The notes beneath the pieces are model-generated. The model was not told the DNA's origin. It saw only the letters and a program-made list of their open reading frames with translations, and searched no databases. Made by a program: the position numbers and the translations under genes. Positions 1 to 10,903 of a stretch of 64,000 bases of DNA are shown here, piece by piece. The stretch is taken from the NCBI GenBank assembly GCA_026770705.1, contig JANJGN010000035.1:13144001-13208000 (forward strand), in the 5' to 3' direction. The stretch is from Isurus oxyrinchus (Eukaryota). Position 1 is the stretch's first letter. Each line of letters opens with the position of its first letter.

Positions 1-1053
1 ATTATGGGGATTCGGTTGAAGAGTAATTATATTAACTGTGATTGTTGCGTCGACTCGAATTCGAAACTAACTTTCATTATTTAACTGAATATTAATCAGT
101 TATTTGATCTAATTATTGGACTGAATGTAAACCTGATATTTACTGCCGATTCTTGGTCTGAAGGATAATAAGAAACTGTGGTTATTGGATTCGAAAAGGA
201 ACTGTACTTGGGCGCAACAATAGCTAAATATTTAGTGTGTTTACTGGACTGGAAAAATAATACCCCAATTAACTTTGATTCATCGGCTGAAAATTAATTC
301 GACATTTACTGTGATTAATGAACTGAACAAAGGACGAAACTTTTTACCCCGATTATTGGAGCAAATAAGTAATTGCGTGTTTATTATGCTTATCATGCTG
401 AAAAATAATCCGATATTTATGATGATTAATGCACTGAACCACAAAAGGTCCCTAGACGCTATTACTGTACTGTGAACATTTATATATTTACTGCAGCTAT
501 CCGAGTGTACACTAATTATTGTGATGTTTGGGCAATAACTAGAAACGAACTGCAATTTTTCGACTCAATGAAAGTTATTGGACTGAATGTTTATAAATTC
601 TTTGCTACGCTCATTGCGCTCAACAATAATCTAATGTGTACAGTGAGGATTGGACTCATGAATAAACACATTTGGCGTTCGTTAGGGCAAAAATGAGTTA
701 GTGACTTACCGTGACAGTTGGGGTAAACAGTAATACGATGTGCACAATGCTTATTTGACTGAATATTATTTATTCGACTAGATTATAATTTGAAATTCCC
801 TGCGATTATTGGACTAATCAACAGTAGAATCTGCGGTGTCATGATTAGATTGCAAAAACTTGGAAATTTCGTTCAATCATAGAACTGAAGTTGTGTTTAC
901 CGTGAATATTGAACTGACAATAATTAAGTGTTTAATTATAGTATTGAAGGCATCACTAATTATATATGTTCAACGCCATTTTGAATAATAACAAGCAGAT
1001 TTTTACTCTGATTTACTGAAGTTAAAAAATATTTGCGGCGATTCACAAATTCA

Positions 1054-1640
1054 GGGCAGGATTTTTCCGCCGGCGACGGGCTCGCTCGCCGACGCGTAAA
1101 ATGAGGCGGGATGACGGGCGGAACTCCCGGTGTCTGGCCGCCCCATTTAAATTTTCAGGAAGGCGGGGAGCGCAGTAAAATCAGCTGCCGCCTGACAGGT
1201 CAATGGCCAATTGAGGCGGGATGTGGTTTCATGTAGGGTTTAAGAAAAAAAAATAATTAAGTTTTTATCAAAGTTATGGACATGTCACAACTCATGTGAC
1301 AGTGTCACATGAGGGGACATGGTAGGGAAATTTTATTATTCCATTTTGAACATTTTGACTTTTGGAGCCAATCTCCCTGAGGCAGCACTTAGCCTCATTG
1401 AGATGAGGGTGCTCCTTTGTGCGCATGCATGAAAGAGCGCACTCTCGATTTTGGGATCCCCCACCTTCCTGCCCGCACAGGGAGCGTGCAGCGCTTCAAG
1501 GCAGACATCACACTGGGCAGGCCTTAATTGGCCCACTCACGTAAAATGACGTTGCACCCCCAATTGCGAGCGCCGATCAGGAGTGCGCCTGTGCACACCC
1601 ACCCTTCAACTTCACCCCCGACAGTGGGAAAATCCTGCCC
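1054..1640. mobile_element. Non-autonomous DNA transposon (MITE), GC/CpG-rich
   Basis: Terminal inverted repeats GGGCAGGATTTT (1054-1065) / AAAATCCTGCCC (1629-1640); internal 11-bp palindrome arms CTCATGTGACA-G-TGTCACATGAG (1291-1313); no transposase; no clear TSD. Confidence 0.8.
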
Positions 1641-1750
1641 TTTGTGCCACTTGCCTTCCCACCTATTTTTGTGTCATCCGCAAACTTGGCAGTAGTACAT
1701 TCTCTTCCCTCAACCAGGTCCTTAATATATATTGTAAATAGTTGTGGTCT
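1641..1750 (-). mobile_element. CR1 LINE reverse-transcriptase fragment
   Basis: Minus strand encodes FADDTKIGGKAS, the CR1-type RT catalytic motif. Confidence 0.8.
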
Positions 1751-1769
1751 CATTTTCCGAAGCTATTGA

Positions 1770-2200
1770 TGTGTATAATACTATTGGAAAACATTTTTCT
1801 TTTAAAATAGAGGTTTAGTCTGTGGTTGTGTCTTAATTGCATTAAGGCCAGTTAGTCTGCGTGCTATGACATGCACTAATTTTGAGATATAAACAGAATT
1901 AGAGGTGCACTTGTATTTTGTTGCATAGAGCATTCAAGAAGTGTGGTGAAATCTGGCACCTAGCTAGCAGAAACCAAGCAAATTGTTTATATTGATAATA
2001 AAATTGGTACTGTGAATGGGGCTCTATTGTGAGGAGAGGTAGTGTTCAAAGAGGCTTGTGATGCAATTTACATTCAATGAGATGTGCTGGATATAACCAA
2101 GAGCAGTGGTGTGTGTGTGGACAGAGGCAATTTAAAATCAATACAACTGTGAGCCTACAACTGACTCCACAGCAACCAAAGTGAGAAAAAAAAACCTCAG
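1770..2200. mobile_element. Unclassified insertion, possibly the 5' part of an LTR
   Basis: Non-satellite, non-CR1 sequence separating two CR1 pieces; starts TGT. Family assignment is a recollection-based guess. Confidence 0.3.
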
Positions 2201-2204
2201 CTTG

Positions 2205-3300
2205 GGCTCTCTCTTCCTTTTTTACCTATCGTAAGAAGCTCTTAAAATCCATTTTTATATTACTTGCTAGTTTACCCTCAAAGTTTACTTCCTCCATCTT
2301 TGTTTCTTTTTTGGTCATCTTTTGTTGGTTTTTAAAACTTTCCCAATCCCCTGGCTTACTACTAATATTTGCCATCTTACATGGTTTTCATTCAAATTGA
2401 TACTATCCTTAACTTCCTTGGTTCGTTGTATCATCCCCTTCCTATAACCCTTCTTCCTCACTGGATAGCCTCTTTGTTGTTAGTCATGAACTATATGCTT
2501 AAATGTCTGTCATGGTTCATTCTCCATCTTTTCTGATAAACTCATTTCCCAGTCCACCACAGCCAATTCTGCCCTCATTCCTTCATAATTAGCCTTATTT
2601 AAGTTTAGCACAGTTGTTTCCAACCCAAGTTGCTCAATCTCAAACTGAATGCTACATTTTACAATGTTATGATCACTATTTCCTAAGTGATCTTTTACTC
2701 TGAGATCATTTATTAAATTTGCCACATTGCACATTACCAGATTCAAAATAGCCTAATCCCTGGTTCGATACATAGCATATTGTTTCAGAAAACTGTCTCG
2801 AATATACTCTATGAATTCTTGCTCATGGCAACTTCTACCAATTTGATTTTTCCAATCTACATGGAAATTAATGTCACCCATGATTAATTTACTGCCTTTT
2901 TTACATGCCCTGATTATCTCCTGGTTTATACTCTGTCTTACATTATAGCTACTGTTCACTGATGGTCTACTCCCACCAGTATTCTTCCACCTGTTATTTC
3001 TTACCTCCACCCAAATGGATTCTACATCTTCTGATCCAAGATCATTTCTTGCTGTTGTGCGTATTCCATCTTGTACTAACAAAGCTAAGTCACCACCCTT
3101 CCCTTCCTGCCTGTCCTTTCGAGAAATCACATACTCCTGAATATTCAGTCCCCAGCTTTGATCTCCTTGCAACATATCTCCATAACACCTCTAAGATCCT
3201 ACACATTAACCTCTATTTGTGCTGTTAATTCATTCTAAGAACTAGGCAGGTTTCAGTAAGGAACCATTAATTTTGCCCTTTTGCCATTTCCCCCCTACGA
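2205..3300 (-). mobile_element. CR1 LINE ORF2 fragment (AP-endonuclease and linker), decayed
   Basis: ORFs 2753-3175 and 2510-2746 give RKDRQEGKGGDLAL, ESIWVEVRN, IMGDINF, LGNSDHNIV, LNKANYEGMRAELA, typical of CR1 endonuclease; stops and frameshifts are present. Confidence 0.9.
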
Positions 3301-4698
3301 CCCTAATTAACATGATATTTACATGGTGTATTTGACTGAAAAATCCAAAATTTTCTTTGTAATTACACAACAAAACAATAAGTACATGGTAGAATTGTTC
3401 CAAGCAGTTGAGATTAATTTGAAATGTATTCAGATAACTATACTGAACAATATTTGAATAGTTAGATTATTAGAGTCAATGCAATTAGATGATTTAAAGT
3501 TAACACTTGTGTAACAAATAATTATATACTTCCAAAACTTAATGGACCAAAACAATCTGGACATTATTTGTCATTTAAATTTGAAAGATATTTAATGAGA
3601 TGCTTGGATTAAAGTAAATGGGTTTTACATGGAAGACTGGACAGATTATGCTTGAATATTATATATGTTTAGTTACCTAAAATTAATTAGAAATGTTACT
3701 AGAATTTAGGAGCAGCAATAACTGGATATACACCACAATAAGTAGAAAGTTGCTATGATTATTTGAGTGAAAACTATTTAGATGATTGTCAAAAATTTGG
3801 GATTGGCAAGAATTTCATATTTACTGCAATTATTGAACTGATCAATACTGGGATGTTTAGTAGTATGTAATGTTACATTGATATTCATGTGGTATTTAAA
3901 ATGAACATTTTTTAATACGTTTCATCTGTTTATTGGGAACACAACTATTTGATATTTAATGCTTTATTGAAAGATCTAATAATTAGTTCCATTCAGAATG
4001 TTTTGGAATTATTAGACTCTGAACAATTAGATATGACTTGTTATATTTTGGATTCAAAAATAATTATATATTTTTAAGGCAATTTGGATTAATAATTGTA
4101 TAATCATTGTCATTATAGGACTGAACATTTGAAATGCATTTACTGAGATTCATGGTCTGAAAGCACGATAAGATTTTAACTGGAGTAAATGATATGCGGA
4201 TGTTCCATGTGCTTAGAGCACACAACAATAATAAGGCATTTTAAAATAACTTATGACCAACAGTAATGAGACACATAGTGGTCTGAACAATCATTAAACA
4301 TCTCTTCTGATTATTTTGCAATGTTTAGAAAGGACCTGCAATTATCAGAATGGAACATAAATAAATCTTCACGGCCTTTATTGCACTGAATAATAATCAT
4401 ATTTGCTATGATTAGTGAGCTGAAGAGTAATTTGATTATTTCTATGTGAAGGGTACTGAAAAACAATTAGATTTTATGAATATGCAATGAGGAAATAATG
4501 GTACATTATTGCTATTAATTGGACTAAAGAAACAATGGGAATTCACTATAATGGATTGACAGAATAATTAAAAATGTGTGTTAATTGTAATTTTAATACA
4601 GAGTATTTAAAGTTGATGGCAAAAGAACAAATATTTGATGTTTTCAAAACAGATTGCACTCATAATAATTAGATATTCACTGTCATTTGTGTGATTTT

Positions 4699-4717
4699 TA
4701 TATATATATATATATAT
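4699..4717. repeat. (TA)n microsatellite
   Basis: Run of TATATATATATATATATA. Confidence 0.8.
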
Positions 4718-7700
4718 AATACAATATTTACCAAAGCCTTGAACTAAAGGACAGTGCGATGTTAAAAAATTTTTGTTACATTGAAACACACTTTGAAATT
4801 CATATGAACCTGGAATGAATTTTGACATTTCTTCTGATAGTTGAAAGGCCATTAACATCAATGATGTATGCAATAATTAGACATTTTAAAATGTAATTTT
4901 GAGATTTTCTCTGCAATCAATTGGCTTAACAATTAAGCAATCTTACGGCAAGTGATGGTTTGAGAAATAATTATACATTTATAGTAGTCATTCGACTGAG
5001 CTAATGATGACACCTTTTATTGTTGCATTGAAAAATTGATTAAAGCCTACTTTTTTAAATAGGAATGTAAAAAATAAGATATTTATAATGATTTTTCCAC
5101 TTACAATATTTAAGTATTTATTATGTTTAGTCCAATGACAAAAAATAAGAAATTTAATCTAATTGTTACCCAGAAAAAAATAGAGATTTCAAACCTTTCC
5201 ACTTACTTTAATCCACTTATTTTAATTCTATGAATCTCATTAAATATCTTTTAAATTTTCAGTTAAAAAATGACAGCGAATGTCCAGTTATTTTTAGTCC
5301 AATATGCTTTCCAAATTTACATATTCACTGTGATCATTCGATTTGGTATTAATCATACTTCCTGTGATTATTTTCAGAAGAATAATTAGAAAATAGCTCG
5401 CACTATTGTGCAGTATAATAATTACATGCAGCCATTATTGTGCTGAATTTGAATTCATGCATTTTTATATTGCAAAAACATCTTGTTTGATCTTTGTATT
5501 GGTCTGAGAAATATCTAGCTATTCAGTTTGATCAACTAACTAACAATAAGTGCATAATATAATCGTTTTTTTGCATTTGATAACAATTTGAGATCTGTTG
5601 CGGAAAGTGGACTGAAAAACATATGAACAGATAACGAGGCAATTAGTCTGAGAAACAAAATGGATATGAAATACGGGCATTGAAGGGAATAATAACTTGA
5701 TATTTTGAAGGCGTTTTGGGCTAATGGTAATTAAGAATTCATTGTATATCATTTAAACACCATTTTCTATGACTTTGGGACTTGAAAGTAATTAGATTTT
5801 ACTGTGACGATGGGGATAAACAATACTTTCCTTTAATTTTGTTCATTGCCGGAACTGTATTTAGAAATTTCCAAAGAATCTGGAACCAGTTATGATATGT
5901 TACATACTTGTGTTATTGGCCTGAACAATCATTAGAAAATTACCGGTTATTTACTGAGCAATATTTACTATCCAACTCTATTGTCTATATAACAATTAAA
6001 CACAACTGTATTCATTGTACTGCACAGAAACCAGAAATTATAGTTCCGAATAACCATCACAGTAAATGTCTCAATGGTGATCGGTGGAATACACAAAGTA
6101 AATATCTAAGAATTGTCAGTTGAACAATAAATTTAATATCCAATAATTACATACCCATTAAATGAAGCATGGTTTCAAACATTTCCGGTGCATCCCAGAA
6201 GATTTCTAATCATTTCTTTTCCAGTACAAATATCACCATAAGTGTTTAAAAATTGCTCAGTGCATCAATTGGCATAAAACTATTTCATTATTCAGTAGGC
6301 TGATCACAGAATAGGAATCAGTGAATCCACTTTGTAAGTATCTCATGACTGATCATCTCAGTATTAGCTGGCAAGAATGTTGATAAACTTTTCTATAATT
6401 ATACAAATTCAAACAACAAATAACAGTAACCATTGCTGATTCAAAGTTCTGAGAAAATTTCAAAACATTGTTCAGTTCAGTAAGAAAAACACAAAGTCCA
6501 AGTGTTGTTCATTCCAATTATCACCATATAGATCAATTATTTTCCTATGGAGGATTGCAGTAAGTATCCTTAAAATGTTCAGATCAAAAATCAGAACGAA
6601 TATCTAACGTTGATATTAGTCCAAAACGCTTTTAAAATATCATTTTTTTTTACATTCAATACTAACGTTAAATATCTAAATGGTTTTCGTCCACTAAGTT
6701 AACTATATGTCATATCTTCAGTTGGCTTATCAAATTAATATGTGAGTTACTTTAAATCTGATAAATAATTCTAACATCCATTATTGTCTTCTATATTACT
6801 CATAGTGACTATCTTCTTACCGTTCAGTCTGATATAGTTAGGAAATAATAATAAATTCCTTTAATGCGATAATGGAGTAAATATGTATTTATTATTCAAC
6901 CCTTTATTTACTGTTAGTTTCTAATTATAGTTGTGACAGCAAGCACATAAATTTAACTATTGTTCAATCCAATAATAACAGTAAATATGTAAATTCCATC
7001 AGTCCAATAAAACCTTGAAAGTATTAATTATTTGCTCCTTGTAATCAGCACAGTAAATATCAGTGGATAATCATAATAAATACCTAAAAATTGCCAATCG
7101 AGAAATCATTAAGTATCTAATTATTTTGGCACTATAAATACAATCGGGATTTAATCAATTTCGTTACAATAATCCGAGTAAATACCTAAATCATTTGCAA
7201 AGTCTAATCATCACCATACATTTTTAATGATTGCTCTTCCATTAATTGAAGTAAACATATTTAACTCAGCTGTCCTCTAATCCCCACTAATATGGCAATA
7301 TTATCAGCCCAAATCTTGTTGTTAACTTCAACAAGAGCGTTCAATATCTCTCTATTGTCTCTCTCGCTATCAAATAAAACGTCAAAAAATCTTATGAATC
7401 ATATATTTTTAACATGATATGGATTTAATATTCTTGCTCAGTACAACAATACCAGTAATCAGAGTAAGTTCAGAATCTGGACAGATCAAAATACTTGGAA
7501 GCATCAACGATTGTTCAGTCCAATAATCACGGTCAACATCTAATATTTGACCCATCAAAGGAAAACAAAAACAAAATGAATACAGACGTTGCACATTCTA
7601 CTCATTATCATTACAGCGATCCCCTGACACTTGAACTGTTCAGGTAGACAAGTCTAACTAATTTCAAATTATTGTTTAATGGAACTAAAACCGGTAACAT

Positions 7701-7938
7701 ACCTATTTCTCTTCATACTGTCAGACATTAGATGCCTCTTTTGTTCAGTCAAACACACACACAAATGAACTAATTATTCCTCAGTCCAATAATCATATCA
7801 AACATCTGATTTTTGCTCAGTTCAAATAATTCAGTAAGCATTAAATTAATTTTCAGCACAGCAGATCCTTCGAATCTCTAATTATTTTGCAGTCCAGTCT
7901 GTTTCTAAATGTTGCACAGTGCAACACTCATTGTAAAT

Positions 7939-8107
7939 AAAAGCAAAAAACTGCGGATGCTGGAAATCCAAAACAAAAACAAAAATACCTGGAAAAACTC
8001 AGCAGGTCTGGCAGCATCTGCGGAGAGGAACACAGTTAACGTTTCGAGTCGGTATGACTCTTCAATAGAACTAAGTAAAAATAGAAAAGAGGTGAAATAT
8101 AAGCTTC
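7939..8107 (-). mobile_element. Solo 3'-terminal (pLTR) fragment of a Penelope-like element, sister subfamily
   Basis: Reverse complement of the same terminal sequence as 10840-11000 (CTGCGGATGCTGGAAATCC...CTCAGCAGGTCTGGCAGCATC) but with different internal sequence; flanked by TGTAAAT at 7932-7938 and 8108-8114. Confidence 0.8.
8034..8072 (-). ncRNA. Degenerate minimal type I hammerhead ribozyme motif
   Basis: Minus strand AGUU-CUAUUGA-A-GAGUC-AUACC-GACUC-GAAA-CG-UU-AACU; stems I and II pair, core mutated. Confidence 0.5.
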
Positions 8108-8218
8108 TGTAAATGTCTAATTATTGTTTAGGCCACGGCTAACAGTTTATATCTCATACAAAAACAGAATTACCTGGAAAAACTCAGCAGGTCTGGCAGC
8201 ATCGGCGGAGAAAAAAAG

Positions 8219-8257
8219 AGTTGACGTTTCGAGTCCTCATGATCCTTCGACAGAACT
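8219..8257 (-). ncRNA. Minimal hammerhead ribozyme motif in the inverted pLTR
   Basis: AGUU-CUGUCGA-A-GGAUC-AUGAG-GACUC-GAAA-CG-UC-AACU; one stem II mismatch. Confidence 0.6.
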
Positions 8258-8338
8258 TGAGTTCGAGTCCAAGAAAAAGTTGATTCACTTGTATTCACTA
8301 TACCCCCTGACCTTCCCCTCTCCGATGCTGAATGTTCA

Positions 8339-10483
8339 GTGCTCAGCAAAGGACTTAGTTTCATACCCTTACGCCCTCACCTCAATGAATTTCGGGCTCG
8401 GCATGATACTGAACTCTTCTTCCGCCGTCTTCGTCTCCGGGCTCACTTCTTTGGGCAGGAGTCCTCTCCCAGTTCAACGGATCCTTTTACCCATCTCCAA
8501 TATTCTCCCTCCACCTGGACCCCTCCCTCTGGATTCTTACCTTCTCTTGATCTTTTCATTGAGAACTGTCGGCGTGACATTAGTCATCTCAATTTCTCTG
8601 CTCCTCTCACCCATTCTAACCTGTCTCTCTCTGAACTTACTGCACTCCATTCTCTCAGGTCCAACCCTGACATTGTCATCAAACCCACTGACAAGGGTGG
8701 TGCTGTTGTTGTCTGGCGCACTGACCTCTGCCTCGCGGATGCTGAGCGTCAACTCGCAGACACTTCCTCCTACCTCTCCCTGGACCATGACCCCATCACT
8801 GAACATCAAGCCATTGTTTCCAGGACTGTCACTGACCTCATCTCCTCTGGGGATCTCCCTCCCACAGCTTCCAATCTGATAGTCACCCAACCTCGGACGG
8901 CCCGCTTCTATCTCCTACCCAAAATCCACAGACAGAACTGCCCCGGTAGACCGATCGTCTCAGCTTGCTCCTGCCCCACAGAACTCATTTCTCGTTATCT
9001 TGACTCCCTTCTCTCTCCCCTTGTCCAGTCCCTTCCCACCTACATCCGTGATTCCTCTGACACCTTACGTCACAACAATAATTTCCAGTTCCCTGGCCCC
9101 AACTGCTTCCTCTTCACCATGGACGTCCAATCCCTCTACACCTCCATCCCCCACCAGGATGGTCTGAGGGCCCTTAGCTTCTTCCTCGAACAGAGGCCCG
9201 AACAATCCCCATCCACTACTACTCTCCTCCGTCTGGCTGAACTTGTTCTCACGCTGAACAATTTCTCCTTCAACTCCTCTCACTTCCTCCAAATAAAAGG
9301 TGTGGCTATGGGTACCCACATGGGCCCCAGCTATGCCTGTCTCTTTATGGGGTATGTGGAACATTCCTTGTTGCAGTCCTACTCCGGCCCCCTTCCACAA
9401 CTTTTTCTCCGGTACATCGATGATTACTTTGGTGCCGCTTCAAGATCTTGTCGGGACTTGGAAAAATTTATTAATTTTGCTTCCAATCTCCACCCCTCCA
9501 TCATTTTCATGTGGTCCATCTCTGACACTTCCCTTCCCTTCCTTGACCTCTCTGTCTCAATCTCTGGTGATAGACTGTCCACCAATATCCATTACAAACC
9601 CACCGACTCCCACAGCTACCTCGACTACAGCTCCTCACACCCCGCTTCCTGTAAGGACTCCATCCCATTCTCCCAGTTCCTTCACCTTCGTCGCATCTGT
9701 TCCGATGATGCTACCTTCAAAAACGGTTCCTCTGACATGTCCTCCTTCTTCCTAAACCAAGGTTTTCCACCCACGGTCGTTGACAGGGCCCTCAACCATG
9801 TCCGGCCCATCTCCCGCGCATCCGCCCTCACGCCTTCTCCTCCCTCCCAGAAACATGATAGGGTCCCCTTTGTCCTCACTTATCACCCCACCAGCCTCCG
9901 CATTCAAAGGATCATCCTCCGCCATTTCCGCCAACACCAGCATGATGCCACCACCAAACACATCTTCCCTTCACCCCCCTTATCGGCATTCCGTAGGGAT
10001 CGCTCCCTCCGGGACACCCTGGTCCAGTCCTCCATCACCCCCTACTCCTCAACCTCCTCCTATGGCACCACCCCATGCCAACACAAAAGATGTAACACCT
10101 GCCCCTTCACTTCCTCTCTCCTCACCGTCCAAGGGCCCAAACATTCCTTTCAAGTGAAGCAGCATTTCACTTGCATTTCCCCCAACTTAGTCTATTGCAT
10201 TCGTTGCTCCCCATGTGGTCTCCTCTACATTGGAGAGACCAAACGTAAACTGGGCGACCGCTTTGCAGAACACCTACGGTCTGTCTGCAAGAATGACCCA
10301 AACCTCCCTGTCGCTGGCCATTTTAACACTCCACCCTGCTCTCTTGCCCACATGTCTGTCCTTGGCTTGCTGCATTGTTCCAGTGAAGCCCAACGCAAAC
10401 TGGAGGAACAACACCTCATCTTCCGACTAGGCACCTTACAGCCTTCCGGACTGAATATTGAATTCAACAACTTTAGGTCGTGA
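8339..10483 (+). CDS. Penelope-like element reverse transcriptase + GIY-YIG endonuclease (714 aa, N-terminally truncated)
   Basis: Motifs DKGG, FYLLPKIH, GRPIVS, MDVQSLYTSIP, GVAMG, RYIDD, LPFLD, YKPTDSHSYL; linker CxxxxCxxC; VYCIRCSPCGLLYIGET...RFAEH...GLN. The frame continues upstream to ~8291 (VFTIPPDLPLSDAE) with no ATG; the GTG start is nominal. Confidence 0.95.
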   Translation: MLSKGLSFIPLRPHLNEFRARHDTELFFRRLRLRAHFFGQESSPSSTDPFTHLQYSPSTWTPPSGFLPSLDLFIENCRRDISHLNFSAPLTHSNLSLSELTALHSLRSNPDIVIKPTDKGGAVVVWRTDLCLADAERQLADTSSYLSLDHDPITEHQAIVSRTVTDLISSGDLPPTASNLIVTQPRTARFYLLPKIHRQNCPGRPIVSACSCPTELISRYLDSLLSPLVQSLPTYIRDSSDTLRHNNNFQFPGPNCFLFTMDVQSLYTSIPHQDGLRALSFFLEQRPEQSPSTTTLLRLAELVLTLNNFSFNSSHFLQIKGVAMGTHMGPSYACLFMGYVEHSLLQSYSGPLPQLFLRYIDDYFGAASRSCRDLEKFINFASNLHPSIIFMWSISDTSLPFLDLSVSISGDRLSTNIHYKPTDSHSYLDYSSSHPASCKDSIPFSQFLHLRRICSDDATFKNGSSDMSSFFLNQGFPPTVVDRALNHVRPISRASALTPSPPSQKHDRVPFVLTYHPTSLRIQRIILRHFRQHQHDATTKHIFPSPPLSAFRRDRSLRDTLVQSSITPYSSTSSYGTTPCQHKRCNTCPFTSSLLTVQGPKHSFQVKQHFTCISPNLVYCIRCSPCGLLYIGETKRKLGDRFAEHLRSVCKNDPNLPVAGHFNTPPCSLAHMSVLGLLHCSSEAQRKLEEQHLIFRLGTLQPSGLNIEFNNFRS

Positions 10484-10864
10484 GCTCCCTCCCCCATTCC
10501 CACCCCATTTCTGTTTCCCCCTTTCCTTTTTTTCCAATAAATTATATAGATTTTTCTTTTCCCACCTATTTCCATTATTTTTAAATATTTTAAAATCTTT
10601 TATGCTCTCCCCACCCCCATTAGAGCTATACCTTGAGTGCCCTACCATCCATTCTTAATTAGCACATTCGTTTGGATAATATCACCAACTTTAACTTTAA
10701 CACCTATGTGTTCTATTGTACCATTGTTGTTGACATCTTTTGATGATCTGCTTCTATCACTGCTTGTTTGTCCACACAACCACCTCTCTCTCTATCTCTC
10801 CGCCCCCCACACACACACACCTTAAACCAGCTTATATTTCAACTTTTTCTTGGACTCGAACTCA

Positions 10865-10903
10865 AGTTCTGTCGAAGCGTCATGAGGACTCGAAACGTCA
10901 ACT
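10865..10903 (+). ncRNA. Minimal type I hammerhead ribozyme motif in the 3' pLTR
   Basis: AGUU-CUGUCGA-A-GCGUC-AUGAG-GACUC-GAAA-CG-UC^AACU; predicted cut after C10899. PLE pLTRs are known to carry such minimal hammerheads. Confidence 0.65.
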
